Assembly (NCBI GenBank): GCA_027593235.1 | Contig: JAQCIU010000047.1 | Coordinates: 1-20,002 of the forward strand | Origin: Chloroflexota bacterium | GTDB lineage: Bacteria; Chloroflexota; Dehalococcoidia; UBA2979 | Direction: 5' to 3' | Length of the DNA stretch: 20,002 bases | Shown here: in pieces, positions 8,557-16,856 of the stretch | How positions within the stretch are numbered: position 1 is the stretch's first letter | Layout: each line of letters starts with the position of its first letter | Made by a program: the position numbers and the translations under genes | Notes under the pieces: generated by a model | The model's input: only the letters and a program-made list of their open reading frames with translations | What the model was told of the DNA's origin: nothing | Database searches by the model: none

Positions 8557-9018
8557 ATGACCAACGCCCGTGACCGCATCCGCCTCACCGACGCCGAGCA
8601 GGAACAGCTCCTCCAGCACGCCACCGTCCTCCAGGTCGCCAGCATCCTCCCCGATGGCCGCCCCCACCTTGTCCCCATGTGGTTCGTCAGCGACGACGAA
8701 GGCCTGCTCGCCTTCACCACCTACGGCAGCTCCCAGAAAATCAAGAACCTCGAACGCGATCCCCGCATCACCGTCCTCGCCGAAACCGGCACCGCCTACG
8801 ACCAGGTCCGCGGCCTCGCCATCGACGGCACCGCCGAGGTCGTCCGCGACCCCCACGTCACCACCCGCACCCTCCAGCTCGTCGGCGCCAAAATGGCCGG
8901 CCGCCCCCGCCCCGACGCCGATCCCACCGCCGAACCACCGCCCATCGCCTACAAACGCGTCACCGTCCGCATCCACCCGCAACGCGTCCGCTCCTGGGAC
9001 CACCGAAAACTCGGATGA
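8557..9018 (+). CDS. Pyridoxamine 5'-phosphate oxidase-like (PPOX class, possibly F420-dependent) oxidoreductase
   Basis: ASILPDGRPHLVPMWF, SQKIKNLERDPRITVL, SWDHRKL C-terminus; -10-like TATCAT at 8525-8530; 153 aa. Confidence 0.9.
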   Translation: MTNARDRIRLTDAEQEQLLQHATVLQVASILPDGRPHLVPMWFVSDDEGLLAFTTYGSSQKIKNLERDPRITVLAETGTAYDQVRGLAIDGTAEVVRDPHVTTRTLQLVGAKMAGRPRPDADPTAEPPPIAYKRVTVRIHPQRVRSWDHRKLG

Positions 9019-9353
9019 CCACCCCGTCCGCGCCCACACGTACCCGTCCCGGACGCCACATCCCCCAGCGCGACCCACAGCGCCACATCGAAGAGCGCCC
9101 GAAAACCCTCGATGAACTCTTTCCGCCCGCCACCGTCGTCCTCCACAACGACGACGTGAACTCCATGGAACACGTCATCCACGCCCTCCTCGCCAGCGTC
9201 CCCGAAGTCGACCTCGAACGCGCCGCCGAAATCATGCTCACCGCCCACAACCACGGCCAGGCCGACGTCATCTCCTGCCCCCTCGAGCGCGCCGAACTCT
9301 ACCGCGACCGCCTCGAATCGCACGGACTCACCGCCACCATCCGCCGCAGCTGA
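9015..9353 (+). CDS. clpS: ATP-dependent Clp protease adaptor ClpS
   Basis: VVLHNDDVNSMEHV, IMLTAHNHGQA, ERAE...LESHGLTATI; ATGA overlap with the PPOX stop; 112 aa. Confidence 0.93.
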   Translation: MTTPSAPTRTRPGRHIPQRDPQRHIEERPKTLDELFPPATVVLHNDDVNSMEHVIHALLASVPEVDLERAAEIMLTAHNHGQADVISCPLERAELYRDRLESHGLTATIRRS

Positions 9354-9354
9354 C

Positions 9355-9990
9355 CCCGGGCCGCCCCGAGCCAACCCCGACCGTCCCTCGACCGCCGCCG
9401 AACCGCCGCCGAACCGCCCCCGGCCATCCCCGAACCGCACCCGGACCGCGCCCCCGCCCGTTCCCGGATCGTCTCCGAACCGCACCTGGCCAACCCCCGA
9501 GCCACACACGGACCGACCGCCGAACCGCCTCCCGGGGCGTCGCTGAACCGCCCCGGACCGTTCCCGGGCCGTCCCCGAACCGCACCTGGCCAACCCCCGA
9601 GCCACACACGGACCGACCGCCGAACCGCCTCCCGGGGCATCGCCGGAACGGCCCGTCTCCGAACCGCACCGGGCCAACCCCTGCGCCGCACCCGGACCGA
9701 CCGCCTCCCGGGGCGCCACCGAACCGCACCGACCACCTCTGAGCTGCATCGGACCGACCTCCGGACTGCTTCCCGAGGCGCCGCGGAACCGCCCCGGGCG
9801 GCACCGGACCGCGCTCCCGCCCGTTCCCGGGCCGTCTCCGAACCGCACGCGGACCGACCCCCGCCCCCCTTTCGGGGCGTCGCTAGGCCGCCCCGGACCA
9901 TCTCCGAGCCGCCCCGAGCCGCCCCGAGCCGCCCCGAGCCGCCCCGAGCCGCCCCGGGCCGCCGCCGAACCACCTCGGAACCTCGGCAGA
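9355..9990. repeat. C-rich intergenic repeat tract built from ~10-bp units (CCGAACCGCA/C), with a 100-bp-period duplication and a 10-bp tandem array
   Basis: 64-bp exact repeat at 9475-9538 and 9575-9638, degenerate copy from 9659; (GCCCCGAGCC)x4 plus one variant at 9911-9960. Confidence 0.9.
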
Positions 9991-10014
9991 ACCCTGATCC
10001 GCTCCGCTTCAGCA

Positions 10015-10287
10015 ATGCCCGTACTCACCGACGATTCCCTCATGGACTCGAACCTGCCGCCGCTGACCGACGTCCTCGGACGGTTGCCCTGGTACGGGCA
10101 ACTCACCGACGAGCATCGCGCCAGCATGCTCGCCGAGTTCTCCGATCGCCTCCTCGCCACCACCTCCCGCGAAGAGTTCACCCGGCGACTCCGCGCCTGG
10201 TCCACCGTCGCCCACGAGGACGCCAAGTGGTCCCGCTTCCGCCTCCTCCAGGACAGCGGCCTCCTCCCCCCCAACCGCGCCGCCTGA
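10015..10287 (+). CDS. Small hypothetical helical protein (90 aa; alternative start ATG 10042)
   Basis: C-ending codons match neighbouring + strand genes; non-repetitive, amphipathic sequence LPWYGQLTDEHRASMLAEF...LRAW. Confidence 0.75.
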   Translation: MPVLTDDSLMDSNLPPLTDVLGRLPWYGQLTDEHRASMLAEFSDRLLATTSREEFTRRLRAWSTVAHEDAKWSRFRLLQDSGLLPPNRAA

Positions 10288-10480
10288 CCTACCCCCACCC
10301 TCCGAGGCTCAACCTCCGCCGCGCCCAACCGCGCCCAACCGCGCCTCACACCCTCCGCGACCCAACTCACCGCCGGTGCCAACCACCGCCGCCTGACCTA
10401 CTCCCCACCCTCCGAGGCCCAACAACCGCCGAGCCCGGCCGCCCCCCGCGCATCCTCCGACGCCCAACTCACCGCCGAGG
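10271..10480 (+). repeat. Imperfect ~108-bp tandem duplication starting over the 3' end of the hypothetical gene
   Basis: GCCGCCTGACCTAC(T)CCCCACCCTCCGAGGCYCAAC within 10271-10313 and 10379-10423; CCCAACTCACCGCCG at the end of both copies. Confidence 0.8.
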
Positions 10481-10520
10481 CACGCTACCCTCCGTCCGCA
10501 CCCGGATGAGAGCGCCCCCC

Positions 10521-11030
10521 ATGGCCATTCCCGTCGCCGTCTTCTTCCAGCAAAACGCCTGGGCCACCGAACGCCTCATCGAGGTCTGCGCACAGCTCAC
10601 CGACCACCAGCTCGACGCCCCCGGCAACGGCGACGCCTACGGCTCCATCCGCGACACCCTCGTCCACCTCCTCTCCGCCGAGCACCACTACCTCCGCCGC
10701 CTCCGCCAACCCACCCCAATCGAACGCGCCACCGAGGGCGCCTTCGACTCCTTCGAAGCCCTCAAGCGCATCGCCCGCGCCAACGGCGCAAGCCTCGCCG
10801 CCGCCGCCACCAACTCCCCACCCGACCTCGCCTTCCCCGGTGGTCCCACCGACGGCTTCACGGACGCCGACGCCACCGTCTTCCTCGTCCAGGCCATCAA
10901 CCACGGCGCCGAACACCGCACCCAGATCCTCACCGCGCTCACCGGCCTCGGCCTCAAACCGCCAGAGCTACAGATCGATGGCTGGGCCTGGGGCGAAGAA
11001 AACGGCGCCCTGCGCCCTACCCCGGCCTAA
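10521..11030 (+). CDS. DinB/YfiT family putative metalloenzyme
   Basis: NAWATERL, YGSIRDTLVHLLSAE, QAINHGAEHRTQI giving the His triad; -10-like TACCCT at 10486-10491; 169 aa. Confidence 0.92.
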   Translation: MAIPVAVFFQQNAWATERLIEVCAQLTDHQLDAPGNGDAYGSIRDTLVHLLSAEHHYLRRLRQPTPIERATEGAFDSFEALKRIARANGASLAAAATNSPPDLAFPGGPTDGFTDADATVFLVQAINHGAEHRTQILTALTGLGLKPPELQIDGWAWGEENGALRPTPA

Positions 11031-11042
11031 CGGCGCCAACGG

Positions 11043-11142
11043 CCGCTCGAAGCAGCACGCACGCCGCAGCCCGCTTGAAGAGCACGCGCGGCCGCAAACC
11101 GCTTGAAAAGCACGCCGCCGTAGCCCGCTCGAGGAGACACGC
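11043..11142 (+). repeat. Four-copy direct repeat CCGCTYGA..AGCACGC, period 26-28 bp
   Basis: Copies at 11043-11060, 11071-11087, 11099-11115 and 11125-11142. Confidence 0.8.
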
Positions 11143-11161
11143 GCACCGAAGTAGCGGGCTA
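11121..11161. terminator. Possible stem-loop between the convergent DinB and MFS genes
   Basis: 9-bp inverted repeat TAGCCCGCT (11121-11129) / AGCGGGCTA (11153-11161); long loop and no U-tract. Confidence 0.3.
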
Positions 11162-11163
11162 GC

Positions 11164-12564
11164 TCAACCTCCAGCCGCCGTCGGGCGCTTCATCAGCACC
11201 TCCAACAGCGTCGGCTGGTGCGGCCTCGTCGGCCGCGTGATGAACAGCACCATCACCCCACCCAGTGCCCACAGCACCGTCACCGTTACGAACACACCGG
11301 TGTAGCTCCCCACGAAGTCCACGTACGCCGATGCCGCCAGCGGGCCGCCAGCTCCCAGGAACAACGCGAACGGCATCGCCACCGAACGCACCGCACCCAG
11401 GTACCGCCGCCCGAAGTACGAACCCCAGATCGTCTCCTGCAGCGGGATGAACCCGCCGAACCCCCAGCCGAGGAGCGCGAACCCCCCGATCAGCAACGGC
11501 AACGATCCGCCGGTCGCTCCAGCCAGAATCACGAACGTCCCGGACGACGCCAGCCCAAACGCCACCGACGAGAGGTACTTCGGCTCGAACTTGTCGGTCA
11601 TCACGCCCCAGAACGGCTTCGCGCCGAAGGCCAACAACGACATGAACGCCGACAGCGACGTCGCCTCGGTCCGCGTGAACCCCTCCCCCGAAAGGAACGG
11701 AATCGTGTGCAGCAGGATCACCCCGATCCCCACCCCACCGAGGCCAAACGCGAAAACCACGATGTAGAACGCCCGCGTCCGTAGCGCCTCGGCCCGCGTG
11801 AAGGAGTTCTTGAAGTCCGCTGCCGCGGCGTCTCCCGCACCCCGCTTCAGCGCTGCATCGCTGTGACCGTCCGGATTGAGCCCGTAATCCTCTGGAGCGC
11901 GACGCATGAACAGCGCCGCCGGCAACAACACCACCAGCGCGATCACCGCCATCGCCTGCCAGCCGCCGCGCCAGTCCGACTGATCGATGATCCAATTCAT
12001 CAGCGGTGGCCACACCACCCCGGCCAGCGAAACCCCCATCGCGGACACCGCGATCGCGCGCCCCCGTCGATCCACGAACCACTTCGACAGCGTGACGTTC
12101 ACCACGAGGTTCCCCACCATCGCGGCTCCGAACGCAAACACGATCCCCCGCAGCAACACCCACTGCCACAACTCGTTCACGAAGCTGACCGAGAACAGCG
12201 ACGCGGACATCACTACCGCCCCCGCGACCATCACCGGGCGCCCGCCCAGCCGGTCCACGTACACCCCGATCCACACACCGGCAAACGCCATCAGGAAGCG
12301 GTTGATCGTCTGCGCGTACGTGAACTCTGTCTTCGTCCAGTCCAGATCCGCCGTCATCGGATCGATGAACACCCCAGAGACCGAGGCCTGCGCGCCGACC
12401 GCGATGAACTGGGCGACCAGCGCCGCGCCAACGATGTAGTAGCCGAAATAGATCCCGCGCGAATCCTCGCCGGTCTCCTCATCGAAACGAGGATCGGGCG
12501 CGGCGGGTGGCGGCGTGGCCCTCGCCGGAGGCGGTCGCGGTGAGTCGGTGACCTCGGTCGCCAT
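11164..12564 (-). CDS. MFS transporter (monocarboxylate/OFA-like)
   Basis: YFGYYIVGA start, motif A GVYVDRLGGR, KWFVDRRGRA, WGVMTDKFEP, YFGRRYLGAV; about 12 TM segments; GAGG SD. Confidence 0.93.
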   Translation of the reverse strand: MATEVTDSPRPPPARATPPPAAPDPRFDEETGEDSRGIYFGYYIVGAALVAQFIAVGAQASVSGVFIDPMTADLDWTKTEFTYAQTINRFLMAFAGVWIGVYVDRLGGRPVMVAGAVVMSASLFSVSFVNELWQWVLLRGIVFAFGAAMVGNLVVNVTLSKWFVDRRGRAIAVSAMGVSLAGVVWPPLMNWIIDQSDWRGGWQAMAVIALVVLLPAALFMRRAPEDYGLNPDGHSDAALKRGAGDAAAADFKNSFTRAEALRTRAFYIVVFAFGLGGVGIGVILLHTIPFLSGEGFTRTEATSLSAFMSLLAFGAKPFWGVMTDKFEPKYLSSVAFGLASSGTFVILAGATGGSLPLLIGGFALLGWGFGGFIPLQETIWGSYFGRRYLGAVRSVAMPFALFLGAGGPLAASAYVDFVGSYTGVFVTVTVLWALGGVMVLFITRPTRPHQPTLLEVLMKRPTAAGG

Positions 12565-12689
12565 CAGGTTCCTCGGGATACCGGTGGCACGTCCGCGACA
12601 TCATAGGCCCGCGATCTCGCCATCGCGCGCGTAATCCCCCCAGAACGTGCGCAACCTCCGAGGTGCCCGCTCACCCCTGAGGAGCCCGC

Positions 12690-13268
12690 CTACCCCCGCG
12701 CCCGCAGCGGCGACAGCCCTGCCGCCTGCCGTCGCTGCTGCACCGCCCGCCACACCACCGGCTCCGCCTCCAGGAACCGCCCCACCACCGAGGTGCTCAC
12801 ACCCACCGAGGCCGCGGCCGTCCCAATCTCCCACCCGCACGCCGCCAGCACATCGAACAGCCCCGCCACCACCGCCGGATACCGCGCGTCCCGCCGCCCC
12901 ATCGTGATCGCGCGACCCTTCCCCACCCGCAACGCCTCGGCCAGCTCCCCCGCGCGGTCAGCGCGATCAAGAGGAAGGGCGTGGTCCCCGCCCTCGAGGT
13001 CAATCGCAGCGCGAGCGGTCAGCGCAATCTCGAGGCGGAGCCGCCGCAACGCGCGGGCGCGGTTCTCGTGCTGGGAGCGCGACTCCACCGCCTCCGCGCT
13101 CAGTCCCGTCAGCCGGTGGCGCAGCCGCACGGCGGAGTCCGTCTTATTCCGCTTCTGCCCGCCCGGCCCGCTCGCCCGGTACCGATCCATCTCGCACTGC
13201 GCCAGCAGTGGGCCGTCCTCCAGTCGGAGGAACTGCGTCCAATCGGGCATCGCGTTCTCGTCGGCCAT
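12690..13268 (-). CDS. Peptide chain release factor-like protein (RF-1 GGQ domain plus C-terminal helical extension)
   Basis: YRASGPGGQKRNKTDSAVRLRH...ESRSQHENRARALRRLR; no codon-recognition domain; 192 aa. Confidence 0.9.
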   Translation of the reverse strand: MADENAMPDWTQFLRLEDGPLLAQCEMDRYRASGPGGQKRNKTDSAVRLRHRLTGLSAEAVESRSQHENRARALRRLRLEIALTARAAIDLEGGDHALPLDRADRAGELAEALRVGKGRAITMGRRDARYPAVVAGLFDVLAACGWEIGTAAASVGVSTSVVGRFLEAEPVVWRAVQQRRQAAGLSPLRARG

Positions 13269-13274
13269 CGCCAG

Positions 13275-13280
13275 ACCGTA
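13275..13280 (-). promoter_or_regulatory. Putative -10 box (TACGGT) for a leaderless release-factor-like mRNA
   Basis: TAnnnT lies 6 nt upstream of ATG 13268 on the minus strand; no SD. Confidence 0.5.
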
Positions 13281-13377
13281 CCGCCACTCCGTCCCCCGTT
13301 GGGGTTGCCGCGTCTTTCACCGGGAAGAACGCACCCCGTATCCTGATCGCTCGGCGACTGCGATTCAGGAGAAACAG

Positions 13378-14436
13378 ATGGCTCACCGCGTGCAGATCGT
13401 GGGTGCGACCGGCTACGGCGGTCTCGGCATCCTCGAACTGCTGATGGCCCACCCCGACTTCGAGGTCACCAGCCTCATCGCACGGGACGAAGCCGGCCGT
13501 CGTATCGACCAGGTCTACCCGCACCTCCACGGGCGCACCGACCTCACCGTCGACTCCGTCGAGACCACCCCCGTCGGCACCAACTGCGACGTCGTCGTCT
13601 TCTCCACGCCTGATCGCGTCTCGCAGGGCTACGCCGCCGCGCTCGCCGATGCCGGTATGCGCTTCATCGATTACTCCGGCGACTTCCGCTTCGCCTCCGC
13701 CTGGGACTACGCGAAGTACGCCGACCGCCACCCCGGCATCGCCGACGCCAAGCACGGCGCCGAGGCCCTGCTCGCCAAAGCCGCCTACGGCGTCTCCGAA
13801 CTGGATCCCGAAGGCATCGCCGCCGCCCCGATCGTCGGCAACCCCGGCTGCTTCGCCGTCGGCATCATCCTCGGCCTCGCACCGCTCTTCCGCGACGGCC
13901 TGGTCGGCGACGACGGCATCGTCGCCGTCGACGGCCTCACCGGCTCCTCCGGCGCAGGCAAGAAGCCCGCGCCGCTCCAGCACCTCTCCCACCTCAACGA
14001 CAACGTGATCCCCTACCGCGTCCTCTCGCACCAGCACGCCGTCGAGGCCGAACTCACGCTCGGCCGCCTCGGCAAAGCGGACGGCGCAACGATCGACTTC
14101 ATCCCGCACCTGCTCGGCGTCACCCGCGGCATCCTCAACACGATGCACCTGCGCCTCACCCAGTCCGTCTCCCGCGACGCACTCCTCGAGCGCTACCGCG
14201 AGTACTTCGCCGACGCCCCGTTCGTCCGCATCCTCGACACCCCGCCCACCCTCAAGGGCACGGTCGGCTCGAACTACTGCGATATCTCGCTCTTCGTCGA
14301 GGGCAATCGCGCGGTGGTGATGACGTCGATCGACAACCTGATGAAGGGCCAGAGCGGCTCGGCGATGCAGAACCTGAACCTGATGTTCGGCAGCCCGCAG
14401 ACCGCCGGCCTCGACCGCACCCCGCTCTACCCCTGA
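13378..14436 (+). CDS. argC: N-acetyl-gamma-glutamyl-phosphate reductase
   Basis: IVGATGYGG, IDYSGDFR, catalytic GNPGCF, GSSGAGK, IDNLMKGQSGSAMQNLNLM; AGGAG SD before ATG 13378; 352 aa. The paralogue LysY is not fully excluded. Confidence 0.9.
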   Translation: MAHRVQIVGATGYGGLGILELLMAHPDFEVTSLIARDEAGRRIDQVYPHLHGRTDLTVDSVETTPVGTNCDVVVFSTPDRVSQGYAAALADAGMRFIDYSGDFRFASAWDYAKYADRHPGIADAKHGAEALLAKAAYGVSELDPEGIAAAPIVGNPGCFAVGIILGLAPLFRDGLVGDDGIVAVDGLTGSSGAGKKPAPLQHLSHLNDNVIPYRVLSHQHAVEAELTLGRLGKADGATIDFIPHLLGVTRGILNTMHLRLTQSVSRDALLERYREYFADAPFVRILDTPPTLKGTVGSNYCDISLFVEGNRAVVMTSIDNLMKGQSGSAMQNLNLMFGSPQTAGLDRTPLYP

Positions 14437-14497
14437 TCCCCGCACCCCGCGTCTCCGAGGTGGGCAGGCACCGTCTTCCGAACGAGCGAGCGAGACC

Positions 14498-15949
14498 CTA
14501 GATCCGGTCGATGATCGGTCCGTTGGCTCGCTGCGGCGTGCGCCACCGCCCCAGGTAGGCGTCCACGCTGAACGCGATCACCACCAGCACCACCGGTGAG
14601 ATCAGCAGCACGTTCTCCACGCCAATCACCCCGGCGACCGCGCCCATCATCAGCAGCACCGGGATCGACAGCCCGTCCTTCATCGCGCCCAGCAGCGCGA
14701 AGATCCGCCCGTGCACCTCGCTCGGCACGTACTTGCCGATGTACGTCTGCGTCGATGCCGCCGCGAACGTCATCCCCAGGCCCAGCAACGAGGAGATCGC
14801 CGCTGCCGTCTTTACCTCTTCGTCCACCCCCGGAATGTCGATGAACAGCACCCGGCTCCCGATCAGCTCCGTCACCGTGTCGATCATCCCCAGCGCCGCC
14901 AACCCCACCGCCACCAGCAGGAAGCCCAGCGCCGCAACCAGCCGCTCGTGGAAGATCCGCAGCAGGATCGGCGTCAGCACCAGCGCCACCACCAACCCCA
15001 CCGAGGCCGGCGCGAACACGTAGAACGTGTTCTCCGGCGGTACGTCCAGCACCGCGAACACGTATCGAGGTCCCAGCACCCCCAGCACCACCCCCGTCGT
15101 GCTCGCCATCGCCGCCAGCATCAGCATCCAGAACGCCGCTGGCTCGTTCACCAGCCACCGCAGCGCCTCCCGCGTCGAGGTCATCCCGATCCGCTCGCCC
15201 CCTGAAGCCGATCCGGCGCCCCCGGACGCGGCTGCCGCGCCCAGCATCTCCGCCAGCGGCCCCGCGTCCGGCTCCGCGCGGAACTGCAACGCTCGCGTCG
15301 CCGACAGCACGAACAGCAGCCCCGCCATGATCACCACCGGCTCAATGTCGAACGCCCGCACCAGTAACGGCGCCAGCAGCGCCTTCCCCACCACCTCGCC
15401 CGCCGATGACGCCAGCGACAGGAACGAATTCGCCGAAGCCAGCTCGTTGTGCGTCGCCACCAGCGGCACCGCCGACGCCTCCGAGGGCTGCGACACCTGG
15501 TGCAGCACCCGCACCGCGAACAGCACCGCAATCATCCCGCGCAGCTCAAAGCCAAGCGTCAGCGGCAACGCAAAGCACAGAATCCCCATCGTCAGATACG
15601 CGACCACCAGCGCGAACCGCTTCGGCAGCGCGTCCGCCACCGCACCGCCGAACATCCCCAGCACCACCCCGGGCAGCAGGTACGCCACCCCGATGATCGC
15701 CGCCTCCAGCGCGTCGCCCCCGCTCCGCACGGACGCGATCAACACCCCGAACAGCAGCGCCTGCAGCGCCAGATCGCTCAGGAAACGGGAGGCAAGCAGC
15801 GCCTGGAAGTTCGGATTTCGCGCGATCGAACTCGGCGGAACCATGAACCAGAGCACGCGGAACACGCGTGACTGGCCGCGATCGATCACACGATCGATGC
15901 GGCGCAGCCCCGACCCGGCGGGTTGGTCGAATTCGGGCCCTAGTGCCAT
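14498..15949 (-). CDS. MFS transporter (drug/H+ antiporter-like)
   Basis: GGAVADALPKR, ASAVPLVA...LASANS, VPSEVHGRIFA; many TM segments. Start set at ATG 15949; -10-like TACAGT at 15966-15961. Confidence 0.9.
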   Translation of the reverse strand: MALGPEFDQPAGSGLRRIDRVIDRGQSRVFRVLWFMVPPSSIARNPNFQALLASRFLSDLALQALLFGVLIASVRSGGDALEAAIIGVAYLLPGVVLGMFGGAVADALPKRFALVVAYLTMGILCFALPLTLGFELRGMIAVLFAVRVLHQVSQPSEASAVPLVATHNELASANSFLSLASSAGEVVGKALLAPLLVRAFDIEPVVIMAGLLFVLSATRALQFRAEPDAGPLAEMLGAAAASGGAGSASGGERIGMTSTREALRWLVNEPAAFWMLMLAAMASTTGVVLGVLGPRYVFAVLDVPPENTFYVFAPASVGLVVALVLTPILLRIFHERLVAALGFLLVAVGLAALGMIDTVTELIGSRVLFIDIPGVDEEVKTAAAISSLLGLGMTFAAASTQTYIGKYVPSEVHGRIFALLGAMKDGLSIPVLLMMGAVAGVIGVENVLLISPVVLVVIAFSVDAYLGRWRTPQRANGPIIDRI

Positions 15950-16058
15950 CGTTGCCCCCCACTGTACGGAGCACATCCGGCCTGTGATATCCGCGTCGCC
16001 TGTCCCGACGCCTCAAAACCGCCTATCCCCCGGCGGTCGCTAGATCCGCGGCCGCTGC

Positions 16059-16790
16059 TCAGACCGCTCGAACCTCGGCGAGCCGCTGTTTCGAGTAGTC
16101 GTCGTCCCAGCAGACAGCGGCTTCCCACGCGGCCGAGGCCTGCGCGGCGATGTCGTGCGCGCCGTCGTCCAGACCGGCGGCGTTGTGCGGCAGCACCAGG
16201 TCGAGGTCCGGCACATCGACGTGCGCCTCGTCCCAGTCGATCAACGCCACCCGATCCGCCGTCATGCGGACGTTGCGAGGATTCGGGTCGCCGTGGACGA
16301 CGCACGTCTCACGTCCGCTGAGCCGCGCCCACGCGGCTCGGCATCGCGCAACGCCCTCCGGCGGCATCGCGCCGAGGTCGACCTTCGTCCCGCTCTCCGC
16401 GTGCAGCAGGTCGGTCGACGATCGCCAGCCCGGGCGCTGCGCCCAGCCCTCCGTCAACCGATGTAACTCGCGAAGCGTCTCGGCCACGCGACGCCAGTCG
16501 GCCTCCGTCTCCGGCGGTCCGCCCTCCACATAGGTCATCACCACCAGACCGTCGGCGAACAGCCGGCCGTCCGTCGTCGGAATCGGCACCGGCACCGTCA
16601 GACCTGCACCGTCGAGGTGCTGAAGGAGGTCGGTCTCCCACGCCAGATCAGCGTCGCTCCTGGCGCCAAGACGACCGACCGCGAGCTGCCCGTTGACGCG
16701 CACGCTCCACACGTCGTTGGCGACCCCGCCGGCGAGCGGTTCGATCCGGGCGACGTCGTCACCCCACTGCGCCAGCGCTTCCCATCCCAC
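16059..16790 (-). CDS. Phosphotransferase, APH/choline-kinase-like family
   Basis: LAGGVANDVW loop, VPVPIPTTDG, Brenner motif VVHGDPNPRN, ALIDWDEA; GTG start; 243 aa. Substrate unknown. Confidence 0.92.
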   Translation of the reverse strand: MGWEALAQWGDDVARIEPLAGGVANDVWSVRVNGQLAVGRLGARSDADLAWETDLLQHLDGAGLTVPVPIPTTDGRLFADGLVVMTYVEGGPPETEADWRRVAETLRELHRLTEGWAQRPGWRSSTDLLHAESGTKVDLGAMPPEGVARCRAAWARLSGRETCVVHGDPNPRNVRMTADRVALIDWDEAHVDVPDLDLVLPHNAAGLDDGAHDIAAQASAAWEAAVCWDDDYSKQRLAEVRAV

Positions 16791-16856
16791 GGGTCACATC
16801 TTCGCAGAATGTCGGACATCGCCTGCGGGCCGGTCGATCGCGGCCCCGTTCGATCA

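Noticed and set aside
8949-10382. 477-aa minus-strand ORF across the repeat tract (also 9299-10015 and 9328-9804)
   Set aside because: Gly/Arg low-complexity translation of G-rich repeats, overlapping clpS and/or the hypothetical gene antisense. Stops are rare at this GC content.
13341-13370. Hairpin TCCTGATCGC / GCGATTCAGGA that could sequester the argC SD
   Set aside because: The likely -10 box TATCCT (13339-13344) overlaps the 5' arm, so that arm is probably not transcribed.
16059-16790. Aminoglycoside resistance gene
   Set aside because: Only fold-level APH-like motifs are visible; substrate cannot be assigned.
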